The notes beneath the pieces are model-generated. The model made no database searches, was not told the origin of the DNA, and was given only the letters and a program-made list of their open reading frames with translations. Made by a program: the position numbers and the translations under genes. Of a DNA stretch of 64,000 nucleotides, positions 17,610 through 26,900 are shown piece by piece. Origin of the DNA: Candidatus Enterousia sp. (GTDB lineage: Bacteria; Pseudomonadota; Alphaproteobacteria; Rs-D84); contig JAZRSO010000004.1 in NCBI GenBank assembly GCA_045651525.1, positions 17,127 to 81,126 of the forward strand, read 5' to 3'. Each line of letters opens with the position of its first letter. The stretch's first letter is position 1.

Positions 17610-18726
17610 GAAAAAGCGCATTTTTATAATCGCTGGCGAAGTTTCCGGCGATGTCTTGGGTGGACGTATCATGTCCGAAATGCCAAATGCAGAATTCGTT
17701 GGTGTTGGTGGCGAAAATATGCAACGGGCGGGTTTAAAATCCTTGTTCCCGATGTCTGATTTGGCGGTAATGGGAATAATAGAGGTGGTTGCCCACGCAA
17801 AAACGCTGACCAGACGTATTAAACAGACGGTTGATGCAATATTAGAATATAAGCCTGATTTGGTTTTGACAATCGATTCGCCTGGCTTTGCAAAAAGTGT
17901 TATTAAACAGATTCGTAAAAGTGATGATGGACAAAAACTGATTGATTCTGGGTTGCGGTTTCATCATGTTGTTGCGCCCCAGGTTTGGGCATGGCGTTCT
18001 GGGCGTGCAAAAAAGTATGCCAAGATATTTGATAAACTGTATGCATTTTTTGATTTCGAATTGCCTTATTTCACAAAATATGGATTGGAAACAGTTGCTG
18101 TTGGACACCCGATTGCAGATGGGTTAATTGGTAAATATAAATCACAACAGTCTGAAAAGATTATAACTCTTATCCCAGGCAGCAGAATGAGCGAGGTAAA
18201 ACGCCTGATGCCACTGATGCGCGATATTGTAGATAGACTGGTTCGCAATGGGTATCGTGATTATCGGTTTGTAATACCAACTGTGGAAACAACAGAACAA
18301 TATATCAAGGACACAGTTAAAAATTGGGCGGTTACACCAACGTTGGTGCCGTCATCTGAACGATATGATGTTTATGCCAAGACATACATTGCGATTGCGG
18401 CCAGTGGTACTGTATCTGCGGAACTGGCGATGTTGCATGTGCCGACGGTTGTTGTATATAAAATGAATCCGATAACAATGTGGATTGGTCGCAGACTGAT
18501 TCATGTAAAGTGGGTGTCGCTGGTAAATATTTTGCTGAATCGTGGGGTTTATCCAGAATGTTTGGGTGGCGATGCAAATGTTGATTGTGTGTTAGATTCT
18601 GTGCAGAATTTAACAATACCATCCCAGCGTGAAAAAATGATTTCTGATTTAAAAAGTGCGGACAAACTGTGGAAAAAGGCACATGGTGGCACGTGCGCAT
18701 TGATTGCAGAACATTTGTCAAAATAA
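17599..18726 (+). CDS. lpxB: Lipid-A-disaccharide synthase.
   Basis: The N-terminus (KRIFIIAGEVSGDVLGGRIM) and the rest of the protein match LpxB throughout. The start overlaps the lpxA stop. Confidence 0.9.
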   Translation: MQNKKKRIFIIAGEVSGDVLGGRIMSEMPNAEFVGVGGENMQRAGLKSLFPMSDLAVMGIIEVVAHAKTLTRRIKQTVDAILEYKPDLVLTIDSPGFAKSVIKQIRKSDDGQKLIDSGLRFHHVVAPQVWAWRSGRAKKYAKIFDKLYAFFDFELPYFTKYGLETVAVGHPIADGLIGKYKSQQSEKIITLIPGSRMSEVKRLMPLMRDIVDRLVRNGYRDYRFVIPTVETTEQYIKDTVKNWAVTPTLVPSSERYDVYAKTYIAIAASGTVSAELAMLHVPTVVVYKMNPITMWIGRRLIHVKWVSLVNILLNRGVYPECLGGDANVDCVLDSVQNLTIPSQREKMISDLKSADKLWKKAHGGTCALIAEHLSK

Positions 18727-18791
18727 TTTGAATTTTTTATTGGCAGTGTGGTTGTTTTTATGATACAATACACTTAACAAAGGAGAAAAGA

Positions 18792-19016
18792 ATGCGTTTA
18801 TTACTTGTTGGGATTATTTGCTTGTTTTGTGGCGCTGCATTTGCAGAAGAAGCACCAGTAACTGGTGGTACAGGCACCGCTGACACAACTGTGTCTAATG
18901 TTGCACAACAGGTTCCGAATCGTAAGTACGTAGATTTAATGGCTAATTCTGTTCCTATCGAACGACCATCAGATAATGCACCTGAAGGTCGTGCATTGGT
19001 TTGGATTGAAGAATAA
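18792..19016 (+). CDS. Small secreted hypothetical protein of 74 aa.
   Basis: A strong AAAGGAGAAAAG Shine-Dalgarno sequence precedes the start. The signal peptide is MRLLLVGIICLFCGAAFA. A terminator follows. Confidence 0.5.
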   Translation: MRLLLVGIICLFCGAAFAEEAPVTGGTGTADTTVSNVAQQVPNRKYVDLMANSVPIERPSDNAPEGRALVWIEE

Positions 19017-19034
19017 GAAATTTTTTTCAGATTT

Positions 19035-19065
19035 AAAAATCCCGCGATTGCGGGATTTTTTTACT
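19035..19065. terminator. Bidirectional terminator.
   Basis: aaaaATCCCGCGattGCGGGATttttttt lies between convergent genes. Confidence 0.7.
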
Positions 19066-19075
19066 GAACCTTGGT

Positions 19076-19393
19076 TTATCGCAGACCTTTGGCGCGACAG
19101 CATGCAGATGCAGCGGCCTGCCAGCTGGGGTATTCTGTTGATGGACTGCGTAGGTCACGCCATGGTTGCCAGCCACTGCAACGTTTGTTTGAACCGTTGC
19201 CAGTGCATTTTGCATAGCGACGCAATGAACATGTTTGATTTGAAACACGACCCATATCTGTTGTGCATTTTACAACAATGTTTTGGTTTTTTGCATCATT
19301 TTTACCCAGTTCTTTGGATGACATAACCTGATACGCATTTGCGGTGCAAATGGCCGTAATTATCATAACAGATGCGATAAGTATTTTTTTCAT
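19076..19393 (-). CDS. Small secreted Cys-rich hypothetical protein of 105 aa.
   Basis: An AAGGGGGC Shine-Dalgarno sequence precedes the start. The signal peptide is MKKILIASVMIITAICTANA. The mature protein contains 8 Cys. Confidence 0.55.
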   Translation of the reverse strand: MKKILIASVMIITAICTANAYQVMSSKELGKNDAKNQNIVVKCTTDMGRVSNQTCSLRRYAKCTGNGSNKRCSGWQPWRDLRSPSTEYPSWQAAASACCRAKGLR

Positions 19394-19466
19394 TATTGCC
19401 CCCTTGCCTGTTGTATATGTGTATTATAGGGAATTGTTTTATTAAATACAATGGGAATCTGTGCGT

Positions 19467-21206
19467 TTATTGGTTGGTTGTCCATGGTACGTCGTTCATA
19501 ATCAGATAATACAGTTCTGGGGTATCTGTATCAATTCCGCGCAGAACAGGTCTGACGACATAAATGTCAACATTGCATGGGCTGTTAGTATCATTTTGCA
19601 CTTCCATTAAATCTTCGTGGAATTTAGCGGCAAAATCCATTGCTTGCAGATATGCGGCATCATCATCAGCGGCAGATACAGAATCCCCCGCCCACATCAG
19701 CCACATACCATAATTCACAACGTTTTCTTGACCTTTGATATCATCGGCAGATAACAACAGTAATGGCTTGAATTCGACATCGTTGGTGAATTCACCGGTG
19801 CTGGTTTCTGTGAAATCGTACATATTACCAACAAATTTAATGGCGCCGTACAACAGGCCTGTATTTGCGGTCATCTTGGCCAATGTACTGGCGTTTTTAA
19901 GTGTAGAATGAAACAGCCAATCTTTTACGCGTGTGGATAATTTACTGGCGCGTGCGGCCTTGGCGCCCTTGGCCAGAATTTTGTTGCCGTTAAATGCGGC
20001 GCGTGTTGCCTTGGTAACCTTGACGGCGCGGGCAAAGACGTTGCCACGATGTGCCTGTTTGGTTATTGCCTTGGCACCCTGTAATGTTTTGCGATATTTT
20101 TGCAGGTCGCTGTATGCGTCGGCCTGTTCGATATATTTTTTTACATCGTCGCTGTTTTCAATTGTTTTTAATGCGTCTTTGATTTTGTCCAGTTCGGCCG
20201 TTTTATCGGCGATTTTTGCGGCGTCTTTGACCTTGTCCAGTGCTGCGATTTCCTTGGTCAGTTTGGTTACCTGTCCCGATGTTTTGATGTAATCACGTAC
20301 AGAATCCAGTTTTCGTAATGCGCCCAATGATTTAGACAGGTCTCGCATAGTTTTTGTTGCGCGTATTCCTTTGAGTCCCCCAGAAACAAACGCACTGCCC
20401 CCCAGTGTCGCGACGGTCAGAATAACGTCCGCAGCGATTTCTGCATATCCAATCCATTCAAGGTTTATATCGCCTGCAACATAATATTCGTTTGAATCAT
20501 CGCCCGTTGCCAATGCGCCGGCGCGATTCAGTGCCAGTTTGTTGCCAGTAATTGCACTGCGTGATGTGCACGCGCCACCATTTAGTGATGCATTTGGATA
20601 GAATTTATCAATGTTATCGTTTATGTATTTTAATGACAGTGTGTTATTTTTTTGGGGACCAACAAATTCGTTTAATGCGCCCGATTGAACAACCATAATT
20701 CCATACCATGCTGGTTCTGTATTTGTCCAAACGGTTGGGTCGCCATTTTCACCAATACGCGGATTTGGGTCAGATGTTGGCAACGTGCGTTTATTTGCCG
20801 TCAATATACGTTGTTTTATAATCTTTGGCTGTGTTTCATAGTTTATTGCAATCAAGCGCCCATTTGGAAAAGTGTATTGAATTGGTGTAAAACGAATTGT
20901 GTCTTCGTTACCCAAATTTGCCAGTTCTGGACATTCCAATACGCGTGTCAGTGTTTGTCCATCGTAGAATATATCGTAAATCCATTGTTGTATAACTTCT
21001 TCGGGGGCAGATTCATCAACGTTTTGTGCGGTTTGTGCCAATTGGTCTGCCCAAATTTTGGATGCGCACGGTGTGTCTGCATTTTGAATGGCGGCTTGTT
21101 CCAATTCTGCCAACGACACTGCATCATCTGGCACAATAACATCATTTGCATTGGCAGAATTATGATACTGTATTATAATCAATGATAATAGTAATGTTTT
21201 AATCAT
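19467..21206 (-). CDS. Exported membrane protein of 579 aa. It has an N-terminal domain, a hydrophobic segment, a Lys/Ala-rich amphipathic region, a second hydrophobic segment and a C-terminal domain. It is a paralog of 21199..22581.
   Basis: The signal peptide is MIKTLLLSLIIIQ. The hydrophobic segments are IAADVILTVATLGGSAFVSGGL and TGLLYGAIKFVGNMY. The central KxxK-rich stretch runs from KTMRDLSKSLGALRKL to AKGAKAARASK. Confidence 0.55.
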   Translation of the reverse strand: MIKTLLLSLIIIQYHNSANANDVIVPDDAVSLAELEQAAIQNADTPCASKIWADQLAQTAQNVDESAPEEVIQQWIYDIFYDGQTLTRVLECPELANLGNEDTIRFTPIQYTFPNGRLIAINYETQPKIIKQRILTANKRTLPTSDPNPRIGENGDPTVWTNTEPAWYGIMVVQSGALNEFVGPQKNNTLSLKYINDNIDKFYPNASLNGGACTSRSAITGNKLALNRAGALATGDDSNEYYVAGDINLEWIGYAEIAADVILTVATLGGSAFVSGGLKGIRATKTMRDLSKSLGALRKLDSVRDYIKTSGQVTKLTKEIAALDKVKDAAKIADKTAELDKIKDALKTIENSDDVKKYIEQADAYSDLQKYRKTLQGAKAITKQAHRGNVFARAVKVTKATRAAFNGNKILAKGAKAARASKLSTRVKDWLFHSTLKNASTLAKMTANTGLLYGAIKFVGNMYDFTETSTGEFTNDVEFKPLLLLSADDIKGQENVVNYGMWLMWAGDSVSAADDDAAYLQAMDFAAKFHEDLMEVQNDTNSPCNVDIYVVRPVLRGIDTDTPELYYLIMNDVPWTTNQ

Positions 21207-22581
21207 CTATTCTTATACCATCAATAAGCAATCCGACATCTCCATTTCCTTGGGGCAATAATGTGCTTTGATCGTATAATGGTACGCCGATATACATATC
21301 TATGTCATCTTCATTCCAATCGCAATTTCCTGAATTTTGAATGGTGCTACTAATTGCTGATTTTATTTTTTCCCATTGTTCTTGTGTTGTCATAAGCACG
21401 TCTCCGGCAGATGGGACTCCTTTGTTGTTTATTTCACGCAATACATAATTGCTATTTTCGTCAATACATAGCCGTTTACCTAATATTGGCTTGAATACCT
21501 TTTCATTTAAATCGTCTGTTGGACTGTTCAAATTGTCTTTTGTGCAAGAAGTGTAGCAACCTTCTCTTTTATCTGTGTCGGTACAATTCATTATTTGCGT
21601 GTCTAAGCCGGATTCTAGAAAACTATAAACAATACCCAAGCCACCTGCTGCTGCGATTGGAGTAGAAATTGCAAATGTTGTCATTGCACGCTTTAATGCT
21701 GCTGTTGCTAATGCTTCTGTTGTTGTTGCTTTAACCGTTTTTTTTGCGGCATCTTTGGCAATTGCATCGTTTAATAGCGTTAATGCTTGTTTGCCGGTGC
21801 TGGATTGTACAGTACCATTTGCTATGTTTCGTTCAATTTCTTTTTTTATGGCTTGTTTAGAGATTCGTTTGCCACCTTTTTTCTTTAAGGCCTCTTTTGT
21901 TTGAGCAACAAGGGTGTTTGCCATGGCTTTTTTTGTAGCGTCTGTAGCCGCTTTTTGTGCTGCTTTTACAGCTGCTTCTTTCCCTGCTTCGACCCCTAAT
22001 TTTTTTGCGGTTTGTGTTGCTGCTGCCTTTTTTATTGCTGCTTTTGTTGCAGCTCTACCGCCCTTTTTTACACCAAACTTTATTAATCCTTTTGCGCCTT
22101 CTTTTACAACGACTTTTGCGCCTTGTATTGCTACACCACCTGTGCCACCAGAAAATACGGCAGCGACTATTGTTGTTGCCCACAACGCAGCGTCTATTCC
22201 AGCTTGATATGATCTATTGTTTTCGCATACAAACAATTGTCTTTTATTAGATGTGGTAGTGAGAGCTGCGGCAACCTCCTCAACAATATAATCCCAAGTA
22301 ATATCTATTAGCAATCCGTCTTCTTCGATATATATATCCTCGTCTGGGCTGGTGCGGTTTAATAAGTAATCGCGACACGTATCTATATTCTTTGTAAAAA
22401 ATTCGATTAAACCATCAGAAGTAATTTCAATAGAATCGTTCTCTGTGTCAAAATTATCAAGACTGTTTACAATATCGGTTGCTAATGCGTGTATACATTT
22501 ATCTGAATCGGCGTGTGCAGAAAGTGTTGTTACAAGAACAACAGAAAGAATCGCTAAAAAACGTAATGAGTGTTTAATCAT
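21199..22581 (-). CDS. Exported membrane protein of 460 aa with a Lys/Ala-rich segment between two hydrophobic segments. It is a paralog of 19467..21206.
   Basis: The signal peptide is MIKHSLRFLAILSVVLV. The hydrophobic segments are ALWATTIVAAVFSGGTGGVAI and ISTPIAAAGGLGIVYSFL. The central region reads AATKAAIKKAAATQTAKKLGVEAGKEAAVKAAQKA and continues in the same style. Its start and stop overlap those of the neighbouring genes as ATGA. Confidence 0.55.
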   Translation of the reverse strand: MIKHSLRFLAILSVVLVTTLSAHADSDKCIHALATDIVNSLDNFDTENDSIEITSDGLIEFFTKNIDTCRDYLLNRTSPDEDIYIEEDGLLIDITWDYIVEEVAAALTTTSNKRQLFVCENNRSYQAGIDAALWATTIVAAVFSGGTGGVAIQGAKVVVKEGAKGLIKFGVKKGGRAATKAAIKKAAATQTAKKLGVEAGKEAAVKAAQKAATDATKKAMANTLVAQTKEALKKKGGKRISKQAIKKEIERNIANGTVQSSTGKQALTLLNDAIAKDAAKKTVKATTTEALATAALKRAMTTFAISTPIAAAGGLGIVYSFLESGLDTQIMNCTDTDKREGCYTSCTKDNLNSPTDDLNEKVFKPILGKRLCIDENSNYVLREINNKGVPSAGDVLMTTQEQWEKIKSAISSTIQNSGNCDWNEDDIDMYIGVPLYDQSTLLPQGNGDVGLLIDGIRIDD

Positions 22582-23516
22582 TTTGGAAATGCAGATATTA
22601 TTTTGTTTATGAGTTGTTGTTTTGCCTCGTTGGTTGTTTGACCGCCGTTATTATTGCCGCCGTTATTGTTGCCGCCGTTATTATTTTGGGTGCAATCTGT
22701 ATCGGATGGGTATTTTTTACAAAAATCTGTGTGAGATAAATTCTTTTTGTCTTGTATTTTTTGGAATTCTAATTCTTCCTGGGCAAGTTCTTTTTGCCGG
22801 GTTAGATATTCTTCCTTACTCTCAATATTTAACCTGTCAAATGCGGATACGTCTTTGTATGGTTCGTAACCAATCTTTTCGTTTTCCATGCGTTCGGTAA
22901 ATGATAAATCAGCATATGTTGTTGGAAATGCCGCCGCCTTTATACCGTACTGATTTGTGCCGTTTTGGGATTGCAGGTTTTGTAATTCTTGTTTTTTGTC
23001 CTGTACTTCAACTGCCCAGTCGGGTGCCTGGGGGGCAAATGGATTTTTTATTTGAATTGGTTGAATGCTGTTGTTGTTTGGTGTTGGAAATGCAACAACG
23101 TTCATTTGTGGTGTTGCGCGACCATATTTTGCAACATAATCATTAAATGCACCGTCAATATATCCGCCACAAGATGTCGCGTAATTCCCAGTCGTTATAC
23201 GTGATAGTTGAACCATAACGCTTGGGCGAACGTCTGATAATTCTGCGTTTGCACAATTGTTCATCCCTGCACACGTTATGGCAATTAAATCAGCAACAAC
23301 TTGTTGGCAATCATCTGTGCCAACCTGGGGCCCCATTGCATATACAGGTGATGGTAACCGATTGTTATATGGTGAATCTGGGTTATATGCAGGGTTTGTG
23401 GAATAGTTTTGAACGTTCTGAATCACACCGTATTTTGAGAATATAGACGCAGAATATGCCGGCAAAATCAATGCCATAGTGCCAATAAATGTATAAAAAA
23501 GGTGTGCGCATTTCAT
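22578..23516 (-). CDS. Secreted hypothetical protein with NNNGG repeats near the C-terminus.
   Basis: The ORF begins with TTG at 23522. The first ATG, at 23516, gives the signal peptide MKCAHLFYTFIGTMALILPAYSA. The C-terminus reads NNNGGNNNGGNNNGG. It lies 22 nt downstream of the prepilin peptidase gene. Confidence 0.5.
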   Translation of the reverse strand: MKCAHLFYTFIGTMALILPAYSASIFSKYGVIQNVQNYSTNPAYNPDSPYNNRLPSPVYAMGPQVGTDDCQQVVADLIAITCAGMNNCANAELSDVRPSVMVQLSRITTGNYATSCGGYIDGAFNDYVAKYGRATPQMNVVAFPTPNNNSIQPIQIKNPFAPQAPDWAVEVQDKKQELQNLQSQNGTNQYGIKAAAFPTTYADLSFTERMENEKIGYEPYKDVSAFDRLNIESKEEYLTRQKELAQEELEFQKIQDKKNLSHTDFCKKYPSDTDCTQNNNGGNNNGGNNNGGQTTNEAKQQLINKIISAFPK

Positions 23517-23543
23517 TCTCAATTCATATCCCTGCTTGATTGA

Positions 23544-24014
23544 TTATAACAAAAACAGATTTGTAATGAAAGATAAAAATCCACCAATAAAGAAAAATGG
23601 TGCAAATGGTATATATTTTTGATTTTTATTCTTGGCCCATAATGTCCCCAGTATGCACGCGATAATCAGTGCGATTGCCAACCCATTTGTGCCCAGCCAC
23701 ATGCCACCTACCCCCAGTAACTTTATGTCGCCCATCCCAATCGGTGCGCATGCGTCTGGGTTCTGTTTGGTAAGTTTATAATCAAATACAGCGCCAATAA
23801 TTGCAGACATTAAATAACCAAACGCCCCGCCAATAACCGCAGATTGCAGCGTTATCGGAAAAGAATAAAACGCAATCAATGTCAGCCCAATCAACATCAA
23901 TGGAAACAAGTATGCGTCTGGAATAATACGACGACGAAAATCTGTGACGGAAATTAAAATTGATAAAATTGCGGCGATAACCAGTAAAATAATGAAAAAG
24001 ATGTAAGAAATCAT
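23544..24014 (-). CDS. Type IV prepilin peptidase, A24 family, of the short TadV/CpaA-like form.
   Basis: The protein is polytopic and 156 aa long, with Asp-containing motifs (TDFRRRIIPD...GMGDIKLLGVGGMWLG). An AAGGGAGA Shine-Dalgarno sequence precedes the start. It is the first gene of a four-gene minus-strand operon. Confidence 0.7.
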   Translation of the reverse strand: MISYIFFIILLVIAAILSILISVTDFRRRIIPDAYLFPLMLIGLTLIAFYSFPITLQSAVIGGAFGYLMSAIIGAVFDYKLTKQNPDACAPIGMGDIKLLGVGGMWLGTNGLAIALIIACILGTLWAKNKNQKYIPFAPFFFIGGFLSFITNLFLL

Positions 24015-24087
24015 ATTTTTCTCCCTTGCGTTTCGAATCGGAAATATGCTACACTTATATTATAATGTAATACAAGGGTTTTGTAAA

Positions 24088-24678
24088 ATGAGTACAGGTT
24101 GGGATAACGCAACATTAAAAAAACTGAAAGCATTGACAGGCAAAGGGCTGTCAACGTCTGAAATTGGTAAACGTTTGGGGATGTCAAAAAATGCCATCGT
24201 GGGTAAGTTAAATCGCTTGGGCTGGAATGCCAAGGCTGGCGGTGCGACGGCTGCAACTGTGGCAACGGCCAAAAAAACAGAAAAAAAGCCGGCTGCGAAG
24301 AAAACAGCGGAGGTATCTGCAAAAAAAGCAACGGTGGCGAAAAAGGCACCTGTAAAAAAGGAAACGGCGGTCAAGGCGCCTGTAAAAAAAGCAGAAAAAA
24401 AGCCAGTCGATAAACAAGAAGTCGCTGTGGCCAAGGTTAAACCTGTCAAGGAATCAACCAGCACCAAGGTTAGTGATAAAAATTTGGCTGTACATCAGCG
24501 TATCATTCAACATTCGCTGGAAATGGCAAATCTGAAACCAAATCAGTGCCGTTGGCCGATCGGCGATCCCGATTCGGAACATTTTCATTTCTGTGGTGAA
24601 ACAGTGTTTGTCGGTAAACCTTATTGTTATGAACACTGCAAGCAGGCGTATCAATTCGCAGCACCAAAGAAAAAATAA
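24088..24678 (+). CDS. gcrA: Cell-cycle regulator GcrA.
   Basis: The N-terminal HTH reads MSTGWDNATLKKLKALTGKGLSTSEIGKRLGMSKNAIVGKLNRLGW. A Lys/Ala-rich linker follows, and the conserved C-terminus reads CRWPIGDPDSEHFHFCGETVFVGKPYCYEHCKQAY. Confidence 0.85.
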   Translation: MSTGWDNATLKKLKALTGKGLSTSEIGKRLGMSKNAIVGKLNRLGWNAKAGGATAATVATAKKTEKKPAAKKTAEVSAKKATVAKKAPVKKETAVKAPVKKAEKKPVDKQEVAVAKVKPVKESTSTKVSDKNLAVHQRIIQHSLEMANLKPNQCRWPIGDPDSEHFHFCGETVFVGKPYCYEHCKQAYQFAAPKKK

Positions 24679-24701
24679 ATATATCTTGGGGGAATACGTA
24701 A

Positions 24702-26858
24702 ATGGTAAACGAGAGAGAGAATTTAAATCAATCATTGAAAGCAACTGATTTTAATATCGGTGGCGATGTTTTTCGTGCCTATTACGACCCAAATGGTCAA
24801 TTGTTGTTTGTTGTTGATTATCTGATAACAGATATTAAACCAAATGTTTTGCTGGTTATAAATCCAGATGGTGAACGTAAATGGGATGATATCTTGGAAA
24901 ATGACTATGGCGTTGATTTGGAAACTGTTCGGCCTAAAAAAGATAACAAATATCAAAAACTGGATATCGAATATTCTGGGCTGGATTTGTATGACGATTT
25001 AATCCGCGCTTATCTTGATGGTTCAGATACGGCCGCACAGGCACATAAATTAAACGAATTTAGAAAGATTTCTGTGGCGCGTTCTGCACAAGAAAGACTG
25101 AACGATGCGATGAAGACAACAGAAAATGCCAGCGATACAATCGATAAAACAAATGAAAAAATCTATCAATTACAACAAACGATTCGTGACTTGAAAAATA
25201 AACTGACTGTGGCACGTCGCGCAATCGGCAAAGAACCAACAAAACAATCAGCGTCAAAGATATTGCGTCTGGAATCTTTGATTGATATGAACGAAGAAAA
25301 ATTAAAACGTGCAAAAAAACGTCTGGTAAACGCACAGCGTCGCTTGGAAAATGCTGGCGATGATGTTGTTGCTGCACAGGGTTTGTTGGCAAGGCTGAAT
25401 AAAAATCTGCCCGCACGCCCATTAAATACAGGTGTTGCAACGGTGGCGGATGTTCCTGTGCCGGCAATCGTTGATGATGACGAAGACGATGACGATGATT
25501 TTGAAACTGAATTTGAAAATGAAACAAAGGCAGAAGATATGGCTGATGAAGATGTAAAACCGTTGTTTGATACTGATCCAAATATTTTGGACGAAGAAAT
25601 CGCGTTTAAACCAATCGAATTTAATAACGATGTACCACAAAATGTACCTGCTGTGGCGCCTGAAAATAATTTGATTGTCAGTGATGTTGCAGAACCTGCG
25701 CCTGTTGTAGATAATTCTTTTGTGCCAAGTTTTGCAGAAGAAACAGTAACAGAAGAAACTGTACCGGCGCCATTGTCTTTTGCGCCACCGTCATCGTTTG
25801 AAACGGTTGAAACGCCAGTCTTGTCATCAGAAGACGATACAATTAAACCGATGTTTGATGGTTTTACATCGTTTCCAGAAATGGAAGAACAGGAAACAGA
25901 AACAACAACTTGGACGCCAACACCGATTGTTCAAGAAGAAAGACCTGTCCAAGATGTTTTGGCGCCTGTGACACCATCTGTGACTGCGGATTCAATGCCA
26001 GATGTTGCCCCTGCTCCAATTTCATCGGATTTTCGCCCTGTGTCACCAATTCATAACGAAAATATGGATCTAAAGCCTGTGGTAACACCTGTGTCTGATG
26101 CTGGTTCCGCACAGGGCAAGCCAACATTGTTGTATTATGTGTTGCTGATTGTGCTGATTGCGATGTCAATATTTACACTGTGGTTTTATCAAAAGTCTTC
26201 TAATGAAAATATGCCAGAATTAGCGGCATCAACAGAACCTGCGCCGGCGGTTGTCGAAGAAGAACCTGTGGTCGCAGAACCAGAAACCGAAGTTGTTGTT
26301 GAAGATGTAATTCCAGAACCGGTGATGGTAACAGAACCTGAGCCAGAACCTGTGACAGAACCAGACCCTGAAATTACTCCAGAACCAGTACCTGTGACAG
26401 AACCAGAATCTGAAATTATCCCAGAACCTGAAATAATTCCAGAGCCTGTACCTGTTACAACAGAACCTGTGGTTGAAAATCCATTTGTTGATTTGCCTGC
26501 TGGTGCGATTGTTGGGCCTGTGGCGGATGTGATTCCAGAACCAGAACCTGTTATCGTTCCAACCGAAGAAGAAGTGCTTGCGACTAAACCCGCGTATGGT
26601 GTGTCACAACAGGAAAAAATGTTCGTTGCAGATGATAATTATGAAACAGAAACGGTTGTTGAATCTGTTGAACCAACAATTATTCGTGCGCCACAAGATA
26701 CAGAACAAGTTGTCGTAGAAGAATCGGTTGATGTATGTTCTGATGGCAATGCACCAGACAGTTATGGTTGCTGTAACGGCGAAGAATTTGTTTTGTTACC
26801 CGATGGCGAACAGGCCTGTTGCGCAGAGAGTACGGGTGAATGTTTCCCACCCATGTAA
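24702..26858 (+). CDS. Large acidic membrane-anchored protein of 718 aa. It has an N-terminal coiled coil, a D/E-rich region, a mid-protein TM segment, PEPxP repeats and a Cys-rich C-terminus.
   Basis: A GGGGGA Shine-Dalgarno sequence precedes the start. The D/E-rich stretch reads DDDEDDDDDFETEFENE. The TM segment is LLYYVLLIVLIAMSIFTLWFY. The repeats read PEPVPVTEPESEIIPEPEIIPEPVPVT. The C-terminus reads CSDGNAPDSYGCCNGEE...CCAESTGEC. Confidence 0.6.
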   Translation: MVNERENLNQSLKATDFNIGGDVFRAYYDPNGQLLFVVDYLITDIKPNVLLVINPDGERKWDDILENDYGVDLETVRPKKDNKYQKLDIEYSGLDLYDDLIRAYLDGSDTAAQAHKLNEFRKISVARSAQERLNDAMKTTENASDTIDKTNEKIYQLQQTIRDLKNKLTVARRAIGKEPTKQSASKILRLESLIDMNEEKLKRAKKRLVNAQRRLENAGDDVVAAQGLLARLNKNLPARPLNTGVATVADVPVPAIVDDDEDDDDDFETEFENETKAEDMADEDVKPLFDTDPNILDEEIAFKPIEFNNDVPQNVPAVAPENNLIVSDVAEPAPVVDNSFVPSFAEETVTEETVPAPLSFAPPSSFETVETPVLSSEDDTIKPMFDGFTSFPEMEEQETETTTWTPTPIVQEERPVQDVLAPVTPSVTADSMPDVAPAPISSDFRPVSPIHNENMDLKPVVTPVSDAGSAQGKPTLLYYVLLIVLIAMSIFTLWFYQKSSNENMPELAASTEPAPAVVEEEPVVAEPETEVVVEDVIPEPVMVTEPEPEPVTEPDPEITPEPVPVTEPESEIIPEPEIIPEPVPVTTEPVVENPFVDLPAGAIVGPVADVIPEPEPVIVPTEEEVLATKPAYGVSQQEKMFVADDNYETETVVESVEPTIIRAPQDTEQVVVEESVDVCSDGNAPDSYGCCNGEEFVLLPDGEQACCAESTGECFPPM

Positions 26859-26900
26859 ATAAATTAAATATAATGGCATATCTATAAACAAACCCACAAC

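Noticed and set aside
24060-24467. Minus-strand ORFs overlapping gcrA (24060..24467 and 24208..24417).
   Set aside because: They lie antisense to the conserved GcrA gene. Their Phe/Ala-rich repeats mirror the Lys/Ala linker codons.
25060-25640. Minus-strand ORFs inside the acidic protein gene (25060..25581 and 25422..25640).
   Set aside because: These His/Leu/Phe-rich translations are mirror images of the Asp/Glu/Lys-rich coding strand.
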